NCBI GenBank assembly: GCA_043797085.1 | Contig: JAZDQA010000005.1 | Location: 32,001 to 96,000 of the forward strand | Direction: 5' to 3' | DNA length: 64,000 nt | Source of the DNA: Pseudomonadota bacterium | GTDB taxonomy: Bacteria > Campylobacterota > Campylobacteria > Campylobacterales > Sulfurimonadaceae | Part shown: positions 8,650 to 17,417 of the stretch, piece by piece | Layout: every line of letters starts with the position of its first letter | Numbering within the stretch: position 1 is the first letter of the stretch | Position numbers and translations under genes: made by a program | The notes under the pieces: generated by a model | The model's input: the letters and a program-made list of their open reading frames with translations, nothing else | Told to the model about the DNA's origin: nothing | Databases searched by the model: none

Positions 8650-10290
8650 TTAGATCCGATCAAAGGTCTGAAAATCATGGTTAGACTCATGTGTCATGGT
8701 ATAGTTGTGGCGTACGATTTCGGCAATCTCGCTGATCTCATAGTAGGAACGAAGACGTTTAATAAACTGTTCCAAACTTTCACCATCGCATCGAGTATCC
8801 CGATAGAGTTTCATCAACTCCGCCACATAGTGGGGTGCCTCTTCGAGTACGATCCCTTTTAGAAAGAGTTTTGCCTCTTCGTCATTGTGGCTGAGACTTC
8901 CGCCGAGGAAGATATCGACTCCAAGGGTCGTTTTCCCATCACGAGGAACTTTGCATCCCACAAATCCCAAATCTCCCGCACCGTGGATTCCGCACCCTTT
9001 GATGCATGCTGACCAATACAGGCGTACTTTTGCATTATCAATCGGGACATGTTGGCTTAAATACTCACTCATGACAATCGCATCGGGTTTTCCGGGAATT
9101 ACGCCAAAGGGGCAGTGTTCGCTTCCGGCGCACGCGATGAGGTTTGCCATATACGGCGATGGTCGGTTGGGGTATTTGAGAAAGAGCGGTGATTCAAGGG
9201 CGGTGATTTCATCACGAATCCCGCTTAGGATGAGGTTTTGCTCGATGGTGAGACGGATGGCTCCGTTTTGGGATTCGGCGATACGGGCGGCTTCCATTAA
9301 ATCACTTCCGCTAAACACTCCACTAGGGACAGCTGCATAGAGGGCAAAGGTTCCGTCTTTAAGCTCAATTCGGCCGTAATGATCTCCACCTTCGGCATCA
9401 CACAGTGTCGTCCCCGCTTGAGGCATCTCAATCCTGAGTGATTCGATAATGGCACTGCGAAATTCCTCCATACCGACGGCATCAATGAGGAATTTGAGAC
9501 GGTTTTTGTTTCGATTATCCCGAAACCCGTAGGTTTTAAAGAGCGATGCAACGGCTATAAATACCGATTTTGCCTGCGCTGGTAGAACAAACATATCGGC
9601 ACTTTGGGCGAGATGCCCGACGCGTCCTCCCAGATAGAGATTAAACCCGTATTCTTCCTCTTTTTGGGCGAGGGCGAGGGCGAAGTCTTGACCGAAGATG
9701 TTGCAGCGGTTAGAGAGCGAGCCGTTGATGCCGATGTTGAATTTACGAGGAAGGGTGGTGATCCACTCTTCTTGTTTTAAAAATACTCCTTGAATCTCTT
9801 GGAGGATGCTTTTGCAGGAGAGTATGTTATCCATCGCTAATCCATCGAGCGGGTCGAGGAGGATGTTGCGGAAATTATCGACTCCGGTTTGATAACTGGT
9901 GAGTCCGACACTCTCCAGCAGGGCGAGTGCTTCAGGGAGATCTTCGATACTAACATAGCGCAGTTCGATTTGCTGGCGGGTAGTGAGATCGATGTAGTCG
10001 CGTCCGAAACGTTGTGCGACATCTGCCAATACGGATGCTTGGTGGGATGTGAGGGCACCTCCGGCGATCCGTACACGAATCATAAACCGCTCAGGAGTAG
10101 CAGGGCGGTCAAAGACACCAAAACTTTTGAGGACAAAATCTTTGTCTTCGTCGGTGATGGAAGCATACCCTGTTTTGGAATATCGAATCAGCCGTTCCCA
10201 TGCTTCGGTAGCGTTAAAAGCGTCTTTAATGGTTTCGGTTTTGTGGCGTTTTACACTGCGCGCTTCATTAGCCTGCATTAGCGATGTCAT
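8650..10290 (-). CDS. nirA: Ferredoxin-nitrite reductase (siroheme)
   Basis: FMIRVRIAGG, DLTTRQQIELR, LPRKFNI, ACAGSEHC...SACIKGCG siroheme/4Fe-4S ligands. Start moved to ATG 10290 (MTSLMQ), which has an AAGGAG RBS. Confidence 0.9.
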   Translation of the reverse strand: MTSLMQANEARSVKRHKTETIKDAFNATEAWERLIRYSKTGYASITDEDKDFVLKSFGVFDRPATPERFMIRVRIAGGALTSHQASVLADVAQRFGRDYIDLTTRQQIELRYVSIEDLPEALALLESVGLTSYQTGVDNFRNILLDPLDGLAMDNILSCKSILQEIQGVFLKQEEWITTLPRKFNIGINGSLSNRCNIFGQDFALALAQKEEEYGFNLYLGGRVGHLAQSADMFVLPAQAKSVFIAVASLFKTYGFRDNRNKNRLKFLIDAVGMEEFRSAIIESLRIEMPQAGTTLCDAEGGDHYGRIELKDGTFALYAAVPSGVFSGSDLMEAARIAESQNGAIRLTIEQNLILSGIRDEITALESPLFLKYPNRPSPYMANLIACAGSEHCPFGVIPGKPDAIVMSEYLSQHVPIDNAKVRLYWSACIKGCGIHGAGDLGFVGCKVPRDGKTTLGVDIFLGGSLSHNDEEAKLFLKGIVLEEAPHYVAELMKLYRDTRCDGESLEQFIKRLRSYYEISEIAEIVRHNYTMTHESNHDFQTFDRI

Positions 10291-11044
10291 GTGCGGTCTC
10301 CTTGATTTCATGGATGTATTTTGGAAGTTTGGATTCGAGTGCGACGACATCACCAAAAATGATGATGGCAGGTTTGGGTGCTTTTTTGGCAGCTTTAGGC
10401 AAATCTAACAGTGTCGTGATAATCGTGCTTTGATACTGTGTTGTAGCATTGGAAACGATAGCGACATTGAGTGCAGGGCTAATCCCTTTATTCAGTGCCT
10501 CGGCTGTAATTTGCTCTGCACGGCTGAGACCCATCAAAACGATTGTTGTATGGTTCTTCATATTTAGCAAGGGTATCCATTCCAAATTCACTCGATCACC
10601 TGCTAGATGAGCGGATACAATCGACATTCCCGTGGCATATCCGCGTGCAGTCGGGGCGATTCCGGCTGAGAGCGGACCGCAGAGTGCTGAAGATATCCCC
10701 GGAATTACTTCGGTATGAATACCGTGTTCCATCGCATAAATGGCTTCTTCCGTTCCGCGTCCGAAAATATAGGGGTCACCGCACTTGAGACGACCGATAT
10801 TTAAACCGCTTAGGGCATACTTGGCAATGAGGATATTAATCTCCTCTTGGGTTGAACTGTGGCGACCTTTTTCTTTTCCAACGAAGACAACTTTGGTCTG
10901 CAATGGAATCAAATCAATGATCTCTTGGGTAAGGAGATGATCGATCAGGGCAACATCGAGTTTTTGAATAGTTTTTAGGGCTTTGAGGGTTAGCAAGTCG
11001 GCATCTCCCGGTCCGCATCCAATCAAATAAAGGTGTCCGCTCAT
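10268..11044 (-). CDS. cobA: Uroporphyrinogen-III C-methyltransferase
   Basis: LIGCGPGDADLLTLKA, RLKCGDPYIFGRGTEE, IPGISS, IIFGDVV. Confidence 0.95.
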   Translation of the reverse strand: MSGHLYLIGCGPGDADLLTLKALKTIQKLDVALIDHLLTQEIIDLIPLQTKVVFVGKEKGRHSSTQEEINILIAKYALSGLNIGRLKCGDPYIFGRGTEEAIYAMEHGIHTEVIPGISSALCGPLSAGIAPTARGYATGMSIVSAHLAGDRVNLEWIPLLNMKNHTTIVLMGLSRAEQITAEALNKGISPALNVAIVSNATTQYQSTIITTLLDLPKAAKKAPKPAIIIFGDVVALESKLPKYIHEIKETAHDIANAG

Positions 11045-11051
11045 CGTATTT

Positions 11052-11074
11052 TCCTTATTAGGACTTTTTAATCT
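11052..11074 (-). promoter_or_regulatory. Shared 23-bp nitrate-unit leader motif, copy 1 (cobA-nirA-narB)
   Basis: + strand TCCTTATTAGGACTTTTTAATCT; aligns without gaps to copies at 16612 and 38257. Confidence 0.65.
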
Positions 11075-11145
11075 TCAAAATAATAGTGTAAAATGAGGTT
11101 TAGAAATACAATAAATTGATTATTTTTTAAGCACAAAGGAATGTT

Positions 11146-11721
11146 ATGGCACTTTTCCCCATGTTCGTTGATTTGAAAGATCAAGATTGTCTCGTAATCG
11201 GTGCAGGTGAAGTGGCACTTCGTAAAATTGAGCAACTGGTGAAGTTCGCACCAAACCTCACGGTCATAGCACCAGCTATACATGAAGAAATACACACCTT
11301 GGCACAAGCGTATTCAATCATCATTATCCAGCGAGAGTACGGTTTAGAAGATTGTGAAAATCGATTTTTGGTTATTGGTGCATTGGATGATCTGGGTGAG
11401 CAGGAAAAAATTTATGCTGCTTGTATGTCATTGAAAATTCCCGTCAACTGTGTTGATTCTCCGGCATTGTGCAGTTTTATTTTTCCTGCCTTGATTGTTG
11501 AGGGAGATTTGTGCGTGGGGATTAATACCTCTGGGAAGGCACCTGCTGTGAGTTCGGCGTTGCGTCAGTATCTTACGACTTTGATTCCGCAGGGGATCGG
11601 GGCTCTTATTGATTGGGTGCATGGTATTCGTCAAAGTGAACCCGTAGGAAAGGAACGCCAAGAGAAGATTATCGGAATATGTCGGGAGTTTTTTAAGTTG
11701 TCACCTGATGTTACACACTAA
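11146..11721 (+). CDS. Precorrin-2 dehydrogenase / sirohydrochlorin ferrochelatase (CysG N-terminal, SirC/Met8-like)
   Basis: FPMFVDL, VIGAGEVALRK, PVNCVDSPALCSFIFPA, INTSGKAPAVS; divergent from cobA. Confidence 0.92.
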   Translation: MALFPMFVDLKDQDCLVIGAGEVALRKIEQLVKFAPNLTVIAPAIHEEIHTLAQAYSIIIIQREYGLEDCENRFLVIGALDDLGEQEKIYAACMSLKIPVNCVDSPALCSFIFPALIVEGDLCVGINTSGKAPAVSSALRQYLTTLIPQGIGALIDWVHGIRQSEPVGKERQEKIIGICREFFKLSPDVTH

Positions 11722-11795
11722 AACGAACTGGTCCGTTTTAGTGGCAGGGACACATGTCCCTTGCATCCCCCTAAAGCTACCAGTATAAATACTGG
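11705..11795. repeat. Multi-hairpin intergenic element
   Basis: Three stems: aaacg..cgttt, gcagggaca-ca-tgtcccttgc, ccagtat..atactgg. Begins with CTGATGTTACACA, identical to 16737-16749. Confidence 0.45.
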
Positions 11796-11853
11796 AGAGT
11801 AATAAAGTTTTAGAATTGCTGGGTATGCTTGGCTAAAAAAAAGGAGCTCTTGA

Positions 11854-12297
11854 ATGTTGAACTGGAAAGAAGTATTGAGATTGGGAAAAGAAGGGAATTT
11901 AACTCCCGATAAGCGTGTTGAAAAAACACCGCAGGAATGGCGTGAAATACTCAGTGAAGAGGAATTTCGTGTAACGCGTCAAGCAGGGACAGAGAGAGCT
12001 TTTAGCTCGTCAATGTGTACTCTTTTCGAACCGGGAGTTTATGCGTGTGTTTGTTGCGGTACGCTGCTTTTTGATGCGACGGAAAAGTTTGATTCGGGTA
12101 CGGGCTGGCCGTCGTTTACTCAGCCGATTCAAGCTAATGCAATCGCCTACAACGCAGACCACTCTCATGGAATGACGCGCGTTGAGACAGTGTGCAACAC
12201 ATGCGATGCCCATCTGGGACATGTATTTCCCGATGGTCCACCTCCAAGCGGATTACGTTATTGTATGAATGCGGTGGCGTTGAAAAAAGTGCATTAG
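11854..12297 (+). CDS. msrB: Peptide-methionine (R)-S-oxide reductase
   Basis: GTERAF, CVCC, KFDSGTGWPSF, CNTC, HLGHVFPDGP, RYCMN. Confidence 0.97.
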   Translation: MLNWKEVLRLGKEGNLTPDKRVEKTPQEWREILSEEEFRVTRQAGTERAFSSSMCTLFEPGVYACVCCGTLLFDATEKFDSGTGWPSFTQPIQANAIAYNADHSHGMTRVETVCNTCDAHLGHVFPDGPPPSGLRYCMNAVALKKVH

Positions 12298-13544
12298 AAT
12301 TTATAGCCCACTTGAAGCCATACTTTTGTGACATCTTTGCTGTAGGTTACAACATCGCCGCCGTCATAATAAGCGGCTTTGATTAAACCGTTTAGCCCTT
12401 TTACACCAGGGATGGCATTGGCGTATTGGATATCCCATTCGCTTCCCAGATCACTTTTTCCGCTCATGGCTACATCGGTTTCAAAATCATGATAGGTAAT
12501 CGTCGCATTGCCCAATCCTGCAGCACCGTATCCGAGGCTTACACTGGTATCACACAGTCCTCCAGTTGGAGTGGCAAGAAACTTATCCGCTGTCCCGTTA
12601 AATTTGTGTAAGGTTGCCAGTGGTGTTTGAAATTTAGTTTTTCCGTCACTTCCCGTGGTTCCGCTTAAGAACTCATACCCCGTACCCAAACTAACACCCA
12701 TCATGCTTGCTGTTGCTTCGAGATCGTAGTAGGATGCATCGTTTTGTCCTTGAATGTTCGTCGTAGTGGTATCAAACGTCGAATCACCTTGTTTGGCATA
12801 CTCTGCACGGTAACCGATTTTAGCCCCTGCTGAGAGAACATCACCGCTGAGGACCACTCCATAGGTATCGGCTGAAAATTGCCCTTTTTCCAAAGAGAGC
12901 ATGTAATCATAGGCCGTGACTTTCAGCATCTCATTAATTTTATACGCTGCATTCAGAAGAACCGAGTCGCTGTCTTGTGTTGGTTCATCAAATACCGTTG
13001 CATAGCTATACACGTATGCTCCATAGAGACTTAATCCTGCAATGGAGGTATTCGTAAGCGACAGGGCATCCAAACTTTGCGGCATTTGTCTCCAATCGAC
13101 GGAGCCGATAAAGCGCTGATTATCAAGATTGCTGATTTGACGACCTGCTTTAAGGGTCGTTGTCCCCATTTTATACTGAACGTACCCTTGTGTAAAGCGG
13201 GTTTGTTCTGGATCGGCAACAACATCGTAATTGCTAAACTTCGTCGGTGAGAGGTCATTGTATTTGGTACCGCCGAGGGTTTGTACAGTGGTTCCATCCA
13301 CTTTCATACTCAATCCATCAACTCCTAACAGAGTGGTTTCAAGACCCAGCGTTGCTCGGAGCGTATAGGCATTGGCTTGTTGTACCGCATTGTTTTTATC
13401 ATCAACGTTTTCATAACGGGCACGTATTTCTCCGTTGTATTTGGTATTACTAAAGAGGGTAAAGCTGTCATCTGCACTTAGTGTACTTGTAAATGTACTT
13501 ACAAGAGAGAGAACAGCCACAGCGGGTAAAGTAATTTTTTTCAT
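12294..13544 (-). CDS. Alginate-export-family outer-membrane porin, probably nitrate/anion entry
   Basis: Signal peptide, EIRARYE, GRQISNLDNQRFIGSVDWRQ, FQTPLATLHKFNG.ADKF, terminal YKF; downstream of the nitrate ABC genes. Confidence 0.8.
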   Translation of the reverse strand: MKKITLPAVAVLSLVSTFTSTLSADDSFTLFSNTKYNGEIRARYENVDDKNNAVQQANAYTLRATLGLETTLLGVDGLSMKVDGTTVQTLGGTKYNDLSPTKFSNYDVVADPEQTRFTQGYVQYKMGTTTLKAGRQISNLDNQRFIGSVDWRQMPQSLDALSLTNTSIAGLSLYGAYVYSYATVFDEPTQDSDSVLLNAAYKINEMLKVTAYDYMLSLEKGQFSADTYGVVLSGDVLSAGAKIGYRAEYAKQGDSTFDTTTTNIQGQNDASYYDLEATASMMGVSLGTGYEFLSGTTGSDGKTKFQTPLATLHKFNGTADKFLATPTGGLCDTSVSLGYGAAGLGNATITYHDFETDVAMSGKSDLGSEWDIQYANAIPGVKGLNGLIKAAYYDGGDVVTYSKDVTKVWLQVGYKF

Positions 13545-13568
13545 AGATAGTTCCTTTATATTAATTTA

Positions 13569-13652
13569 ACGCTATCGGAGCAAAAGCCCCGATTAGCTAC
13601 GCTAACGCTAAGTTTACCCACAGGGGGCACAATGTACTTCGGCAGTAAGCCC
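13569..13652 (+). repeat. Dispersed ~82-bp structured repeat, copy 1
   Basis: acgctatcggagcaaaagccccgattagctacgctaacgctaagtttacccacagggggcacaatgtacttcggcagtaagccc; aligns to 53283 (reverse), 54617 and partly 42514. Confidence 0.8.
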
Positions 13653-13667
13653 ACCAAAATTTTATGA

Positions 13668-14465
13668 TTAGTCTTCATGTTTTGCAAATTTAGAGTAAAG
13701 AAACTCGACAATAGCTCCACGACATCGTAGATACTCTTCGTTGTGTTGTAGTTCTAAACGATTTCGCGGACGGGGAAGGTTCACTTCCAATATCTCGCCA
13801 ATGGTAGCCTCCGGTCCATTGGTCATCATAATGACGCGGTCGCTGAGTAAGACCGCTTCATCGACATCATGGGTGATGATGATGACGGTATTACCGGTTT
13901 GCATCTGAATACGCATCAAATGATCCTGCAAGTTGGCGCGGGTCAGTGAGTCGAGTGCTCCAAACGGCTCATCCATCAACAGCACTTTTGGCTCGATGGA
14001 GAGGGCTCGGGCGATTCCGACACGCTGCTTCATCCCACCGCTGATTTCAGCCGGATATTTGTCTTTGGCGTGATCGAGATTGACGAGATCGATATAGCGC
14101 ATCACATGGTCACGTACTTCTTTGGGGTGAAGATCATCTCTTACTTTTTTGACCGCCATCTCGATGTTTTGATAGACGGTCAACCACGGCAACAGGGAAT
14201 GGTTTTGAAACACCACCGCACGCTCAGGCCCGGGGGCATTGATTTCTCGGTCTTCGAGCAATATGACACCATTGGTGATCGTATCCAGACCTGCGATGAG
14301 GTTGAGAATCGTTGATTTACCGCATCCGGAGTGACCGATGATGGAGACAATCTCATTTTCACGGATTTCAAGTTTCACATCCCGCAATGCGACGTACTCT
14401 TTACCTTTTCCCAAAGGAAATATTTTATCGACATGATCGATGTTTAAAAAGGGTTTTGCACTCAT
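13668..14465 (-). CDS. Nitrate ABC transporter ATP-binding subunit (NrtD/NasD-like)
   Basis: GHSGCGKST, VFQNHSLLPW, ISGGMKQRV, LMDEPFGALD, MMTNGPEATIG. Confidence 0.93.
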   Translation of the reverse strand: MSAKPFLNIDHVDKIFPLGKGKEYVALRDVKLEIRENEIVSIIGHSGCGKSTILNLIAGLDTITNGVILLEDREINAPGPERAVVFQNHSLLPWLTVYQNIEMAVKKVRDDLHPKEVRDHVMRYIDLVNLDHAKDKYPAEISGGMKQRVGIARALSIEPKVLLMDEPFGALDSLTRANLQDHLMRIQMQTGNTVIIITHDVDEAVLLSDRVIMMTNGPEATIGEILEVNLPRPRNRLELQHNEEYLRCRGAIVEFLYSKFAKHED

Positions 14466-15244
14466 ACGCGACCTCGCTTGCGATAATCAAAATGATCAGC
14501 GATAAACCCCATGATGGTGTCGAGGATATACCCGACTATACCGATGAGGATGATACCGATGATAATATGGGAATAGTTGAGATTGTTATACTCATCCCAA
14601 ATCCAAAAGCCAATACCCAAACCGCCCGTAAGCATCTCAGCAGCTACAATGACCAGCCATGCGATTCCCAGTGATAAGCGCATCCCTGTAAAGATAAACG
14701 GTACCGCAACAGGGAGAATGATCTGAAACACTCTCTCAAATGCCGTGAGCTGAAGCACGCGAGCAACGTTGATAAAATCGTCACTCACACTTCGAACTCC
14801 TAAAGCCGTGTTGATGATAATCGGCCAGATAGAGGTGATAAAGATGACAAAAATCGCCGTCATATCGACGTCTTTGAACACAAACAACGCCAACGGCAAC
14901 CACGCAAGCGGTGATACGGGTTTCAGGATTTGAATGTACGGATTAAAAGCGGTTTGCGCCATTTTAGACATTCCGATCAAAAGCCCTACGGGAATACCTA
15001 CTGCGATTGCCAATGCAAATCCGCCGAATACCCGTTTGAGGGAACTAAACAACTGCAATGCAATCCCCTGATCTCCCGCTCCATTGTCATACAGCGGATC
15101 GGAGAGGACGATGAGTAATTCGTTCCATGTCTCTATCGGAGTTGGAAACCCGGGGATTTTAATCGCAACGGTTGACCATACAGCAATAAGGACACCAAAG
15201 AGCAGTGTCGGAAGTGCTACGGTGTTGATGGTTTTTAAGAGCAT
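14462..15244 (-). CDS. nrtB: Nitrate ABC transporter permease
   Basis: QILKPVSPLAWLP, IWPIIINTALGV, LGIAWLVIVAAEMLTGG.GIGFWIWDEYN. Confidence 0.93.
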   Translation of the reverse strand: MLLKTINTVALPTLLFGVLIAVWSTVAIKIPGFPTPIETWNELLIVLSDPLYDNGAGDQGIALQLFSSLKRVFGGFALAIAVGIPVGLLIGMSKMAQTAFNPYIQILKPVSPLAWLPLALFVFKDVDMTAIFVIFITSIWPIIINTALGVRSVSDDFINVARVLQLTAFERVFQIILPVAVPFIFTGMRLSLGIAWLVIVAAEMLTGGLGIGFWIWDEYNNLNYSHIIIGIILIGIVGYILDTIMGFIADHFDYRKRGRV

Positions 15245-15310
15245 AAATGCCTCCTTTTATTAATGTTAAACACTAAAATAAATACATTCGTTTATTCACT
15301 TGCGTACTTT

Positions 15311-16603
15311 TTATTTTACTTTCCATTTATTCACTTTTGCGAGTGCTTCTTTGGTTACTTTTGGATGTTTAATCGGTGCGTTATAGATGTAATCAACCGC
15401 TTTGTTAGGATCAAATACCGAACCGTCGATAAACTTATTACCTGCTGCTTTTCCTTCGATTTTCCATCCTGTTGCAGGTAGTGCATAGTTGACTTCTTTT
15501 GCAGCTGTAGCAAACAAATCAGGACGATAAACACTCTCTACCGTTTTTTTCATATCAATGGCGTGATCGAGCTGTCCCCAGCGAACCATTTGGGTAACTT
15601 GCCACATTCCATGGGTGTAGTACGGATAGAGGGCTTGTTTTTTACCAAACACGTTAAACTGAGGCATAGGAGTTGATACTCCGTTCGTAAACATAAATGT
15701 TCCCGTCATTGAGTTGTCAATAACATCTTTGGGAGCATTGACGTACGATTTAGACGATAAAATCGCCGAAGCCTCTTTGCGGTTTTCCCATGAGGCATCC
15801 AGCCACATACCCGCTTCGATTACTGCTTTTATCATGGCTTTGGTCGTTTCAGGATTTTTATCGGCAAATGCTTTTTGAACCCCTAATACTTTTTCGGGTC
15901 CGTTTTCCCAAAGCTGATACCCTGTAATCACTGTTTTTCCGACATTGCCCATAACGGCACGTTGATTCCATGGTTCACCGACACAAAATCCGTCGATGTT
16001 TCCGGCGGTCATGTTTGCAACCATTTGCGGTGGAGGAACGACTTTGAGTGCTACATCAACATCGGGATCCACTCCTCCAGCTGCCATCCAAAAGCGCAAG
16101 TGATAGTTATGAGTACCTGTTGGAAATGTCATCCCAAATTCAGGAACGCCCATCGTTTTAGAAGTAATCACTTTTTTCAGTGCTACGGCTGAACCTTTTT
16201 TTGTAGCAACTGGGTCGGCTGCCATCATCGCATCGTACATTTTATTGGATACGGTAATTGCATCACCATTTTGTCCCAATGCCATGAGTGCAAGCATGCT
16301 TTTTTGGCTGCTTCCAACACCCAGAGTCGAAGCGATCGGCATTGCCGCGAGCATGTGTGATGCGTCGAGTTCACCAACGGTCATTTTGTCACGGACATTT
16401 GCCCATGATGCTTCTTTGCTTAGTTCTACATTGAGACCGTGTTTTGCAAAGAACCCTTTTTCTTTGGCAATAACGAGAGCCGCACAATCTGTCAGTGGTA
16501 TAAATCCAATCTTGAGATCTTTTTTCTCAACGGCTGCCATGGCTACTGATGCTGCTAGAGAGAGCAGCAAAACACTTTTTCCGAGTAAATTCAAACTTTT
16601 CAT
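15311..16603 (-). CDS. nrtA: Nitrate ABC transporter substrate-binding protein (NrtA/CmpA family)
   Basis: Signal peptide, IGFIPLTDCA, TFPTGTH, PPPQMVANM, FCVGEPWN, QMVRWG. Confidence 0.93.
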   Translation of the reverse strand: MKSLNLLGKSVLLLSLAASVAMAAVEKKDLKIGFIPLTDCAALVIAKEKGFFAKHGLNVELSKEASWANVRDKMTVGELDASHMLAAMPIASTLGVGSSQKSMLALMALGQNGDAITVSNKMYDAMMAADPVATKKGSAVALKKVITSKTMGVPEFGMTFPTGTHNYHLRFWMAAGGVDPDVDVALKVVPPPQMVANMTAGNIDGFCVGEPWNQRAVMGNVGKTVITGYQLWENGPEKVLGVQKAFADKNPETTKAMIKAVIEAGMWLDASWENRKEASAILSSKSYVNAPKDVIDNSMTGTFMFTNGVSTPMPQFNVFGKKQALYPYYTHGMWQVTQMVRWGQLDHAIDMKKTVESVYRPDLFATAAKEVNYALPATGWKIEGKAAGNKFIDGSVFDPNKAVDYIYNAPIKHPKVTKEALAKVNKWKVK

Positions 16604-16611
16604 AATGAAAC

Positions 16612-16634
16612 TCCTATTTAAGATTTAAAAATCT
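16612..16634 (-). promoter_or_regulatory. Shared 23-bp nitrate-unit leader motif, copy 2 (nrtABD-porin)
   Basis: + strand TCCTATTTAAGATTTAAAAATCT, containing a perfect AGAT-N6-ATCT; TACAAT -10 candidate 6 nt upstream on the minus strand. Confidence 0.65.
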
Positions 16635-16727
16635 GAAATAATTGTAATACAAATAATAAATAGTTTCTACAACTAAATGATTAAAAAATATACAATTAGT
16701 TGATTTATAATTAAATAACGAATTTTA

Positions 16728-16897
16728 TTTTTTTAACTGATGTTACACATATTGAATGATTTTCTTGAAAATTCAAAGATGCACATGCTAAATGACGTAA
16801 AGTTAAAGCACCTTCACTTCTTAACGAATGAAGTTTAGAGTTGAATTTTCAAGAAAATCATTCAATATCTATAAGTACGTAACATCAGTTAAAAAAA
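16728..16897. mobile_element. MITE-like non-coding element with long terminal inverted repeats
   Basis: Perfect 19-bp outer IR (16728-16746 / 16879-16897) and perfect 28-bp inner IR (16749-16776 / 16841-16868); no ORF. Confidence 0.65.
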
Positions 16898-16982
16898 GGT
16901 GTTGAGGCGTTTTTAAAAGCAGTATCATTAAAAGTTCTTGACTCTATGCTACAATGGTAATAAATAGAAATAAAAAAGGAGG

Positions 16983-17417
16983 GTGTATATGTTTAAAAAT
17001 ACTGTAATGCTATTTTTATTTTCCTGCACTCTTGTCGCTAATGTTTTAGAGTACGAACCTTATTTTCAAAAAGCGGGGAGTTATTACAATATTCCGCCGC
17101 TGCTTTTAAAAAACATCGCCACTATCGAAAGTGCGGGTAATCCAAACGCGATTCGGATCAATGATAACGGGACAAAAGACTATGGGTTGATGCAGATTAA
17201 TTCAATCCATTTTAAAAGGCTGTCTGCATGGGGGATCAATGAACGCAATATTCTCAACCCTCAAGTCAATATTTTCGCGGGCAGTTGGCTTTTATCTGAG
17301 CATATTAAAGAACGGGGATTTAATCTCCAAGCGATTGGGAATTACCACTCAAAAACACAAATTTACAAAGAACGATGGCTTCGCCGCCTCATCCTCTCTC
17401 TAAAAAGATCAGCCTAA
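16983..17417 (+). CDS. Lytic transglycosylase (SLT domain, IagB/EtgA-like), secretion-system associated
   Basis: IATIES, DYGLMQINS, NIFAGSWLL, AIGNYHS; converges on gspF. Confidence 0.92.
   Translation: MYMFKNTVMLFLFSCTLVANVLEYEPYFQKAGSYYNIPPLLLKNIATIESAGNPNAIRINDNGTKDYGLMQINSIHFKRLSAWGINERNILNPQVNIFAGSWLLSEHIKERGFNLQAIGNYHSKTQIYKERWLRRLILSLKRSA

Noticed and set aside
10291..10356. Longer ORF-track starts for nirA (also gspD 21876, gspL-like 24576, rhodanese 47762, TonB receptor 48797)
   Set aside because: They overlap upstream genes or lack an RBS. Downstream ATGs have better RBS spacing or give proper signal peptides.
12294..17417. Convergent 3' overlaps msrB/porin (4 bp) and slt/gspF (9 bp)
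   Set aside because: Short stop-codon overlaps are common in compact genomes, and nothing indicates antisense regulation.
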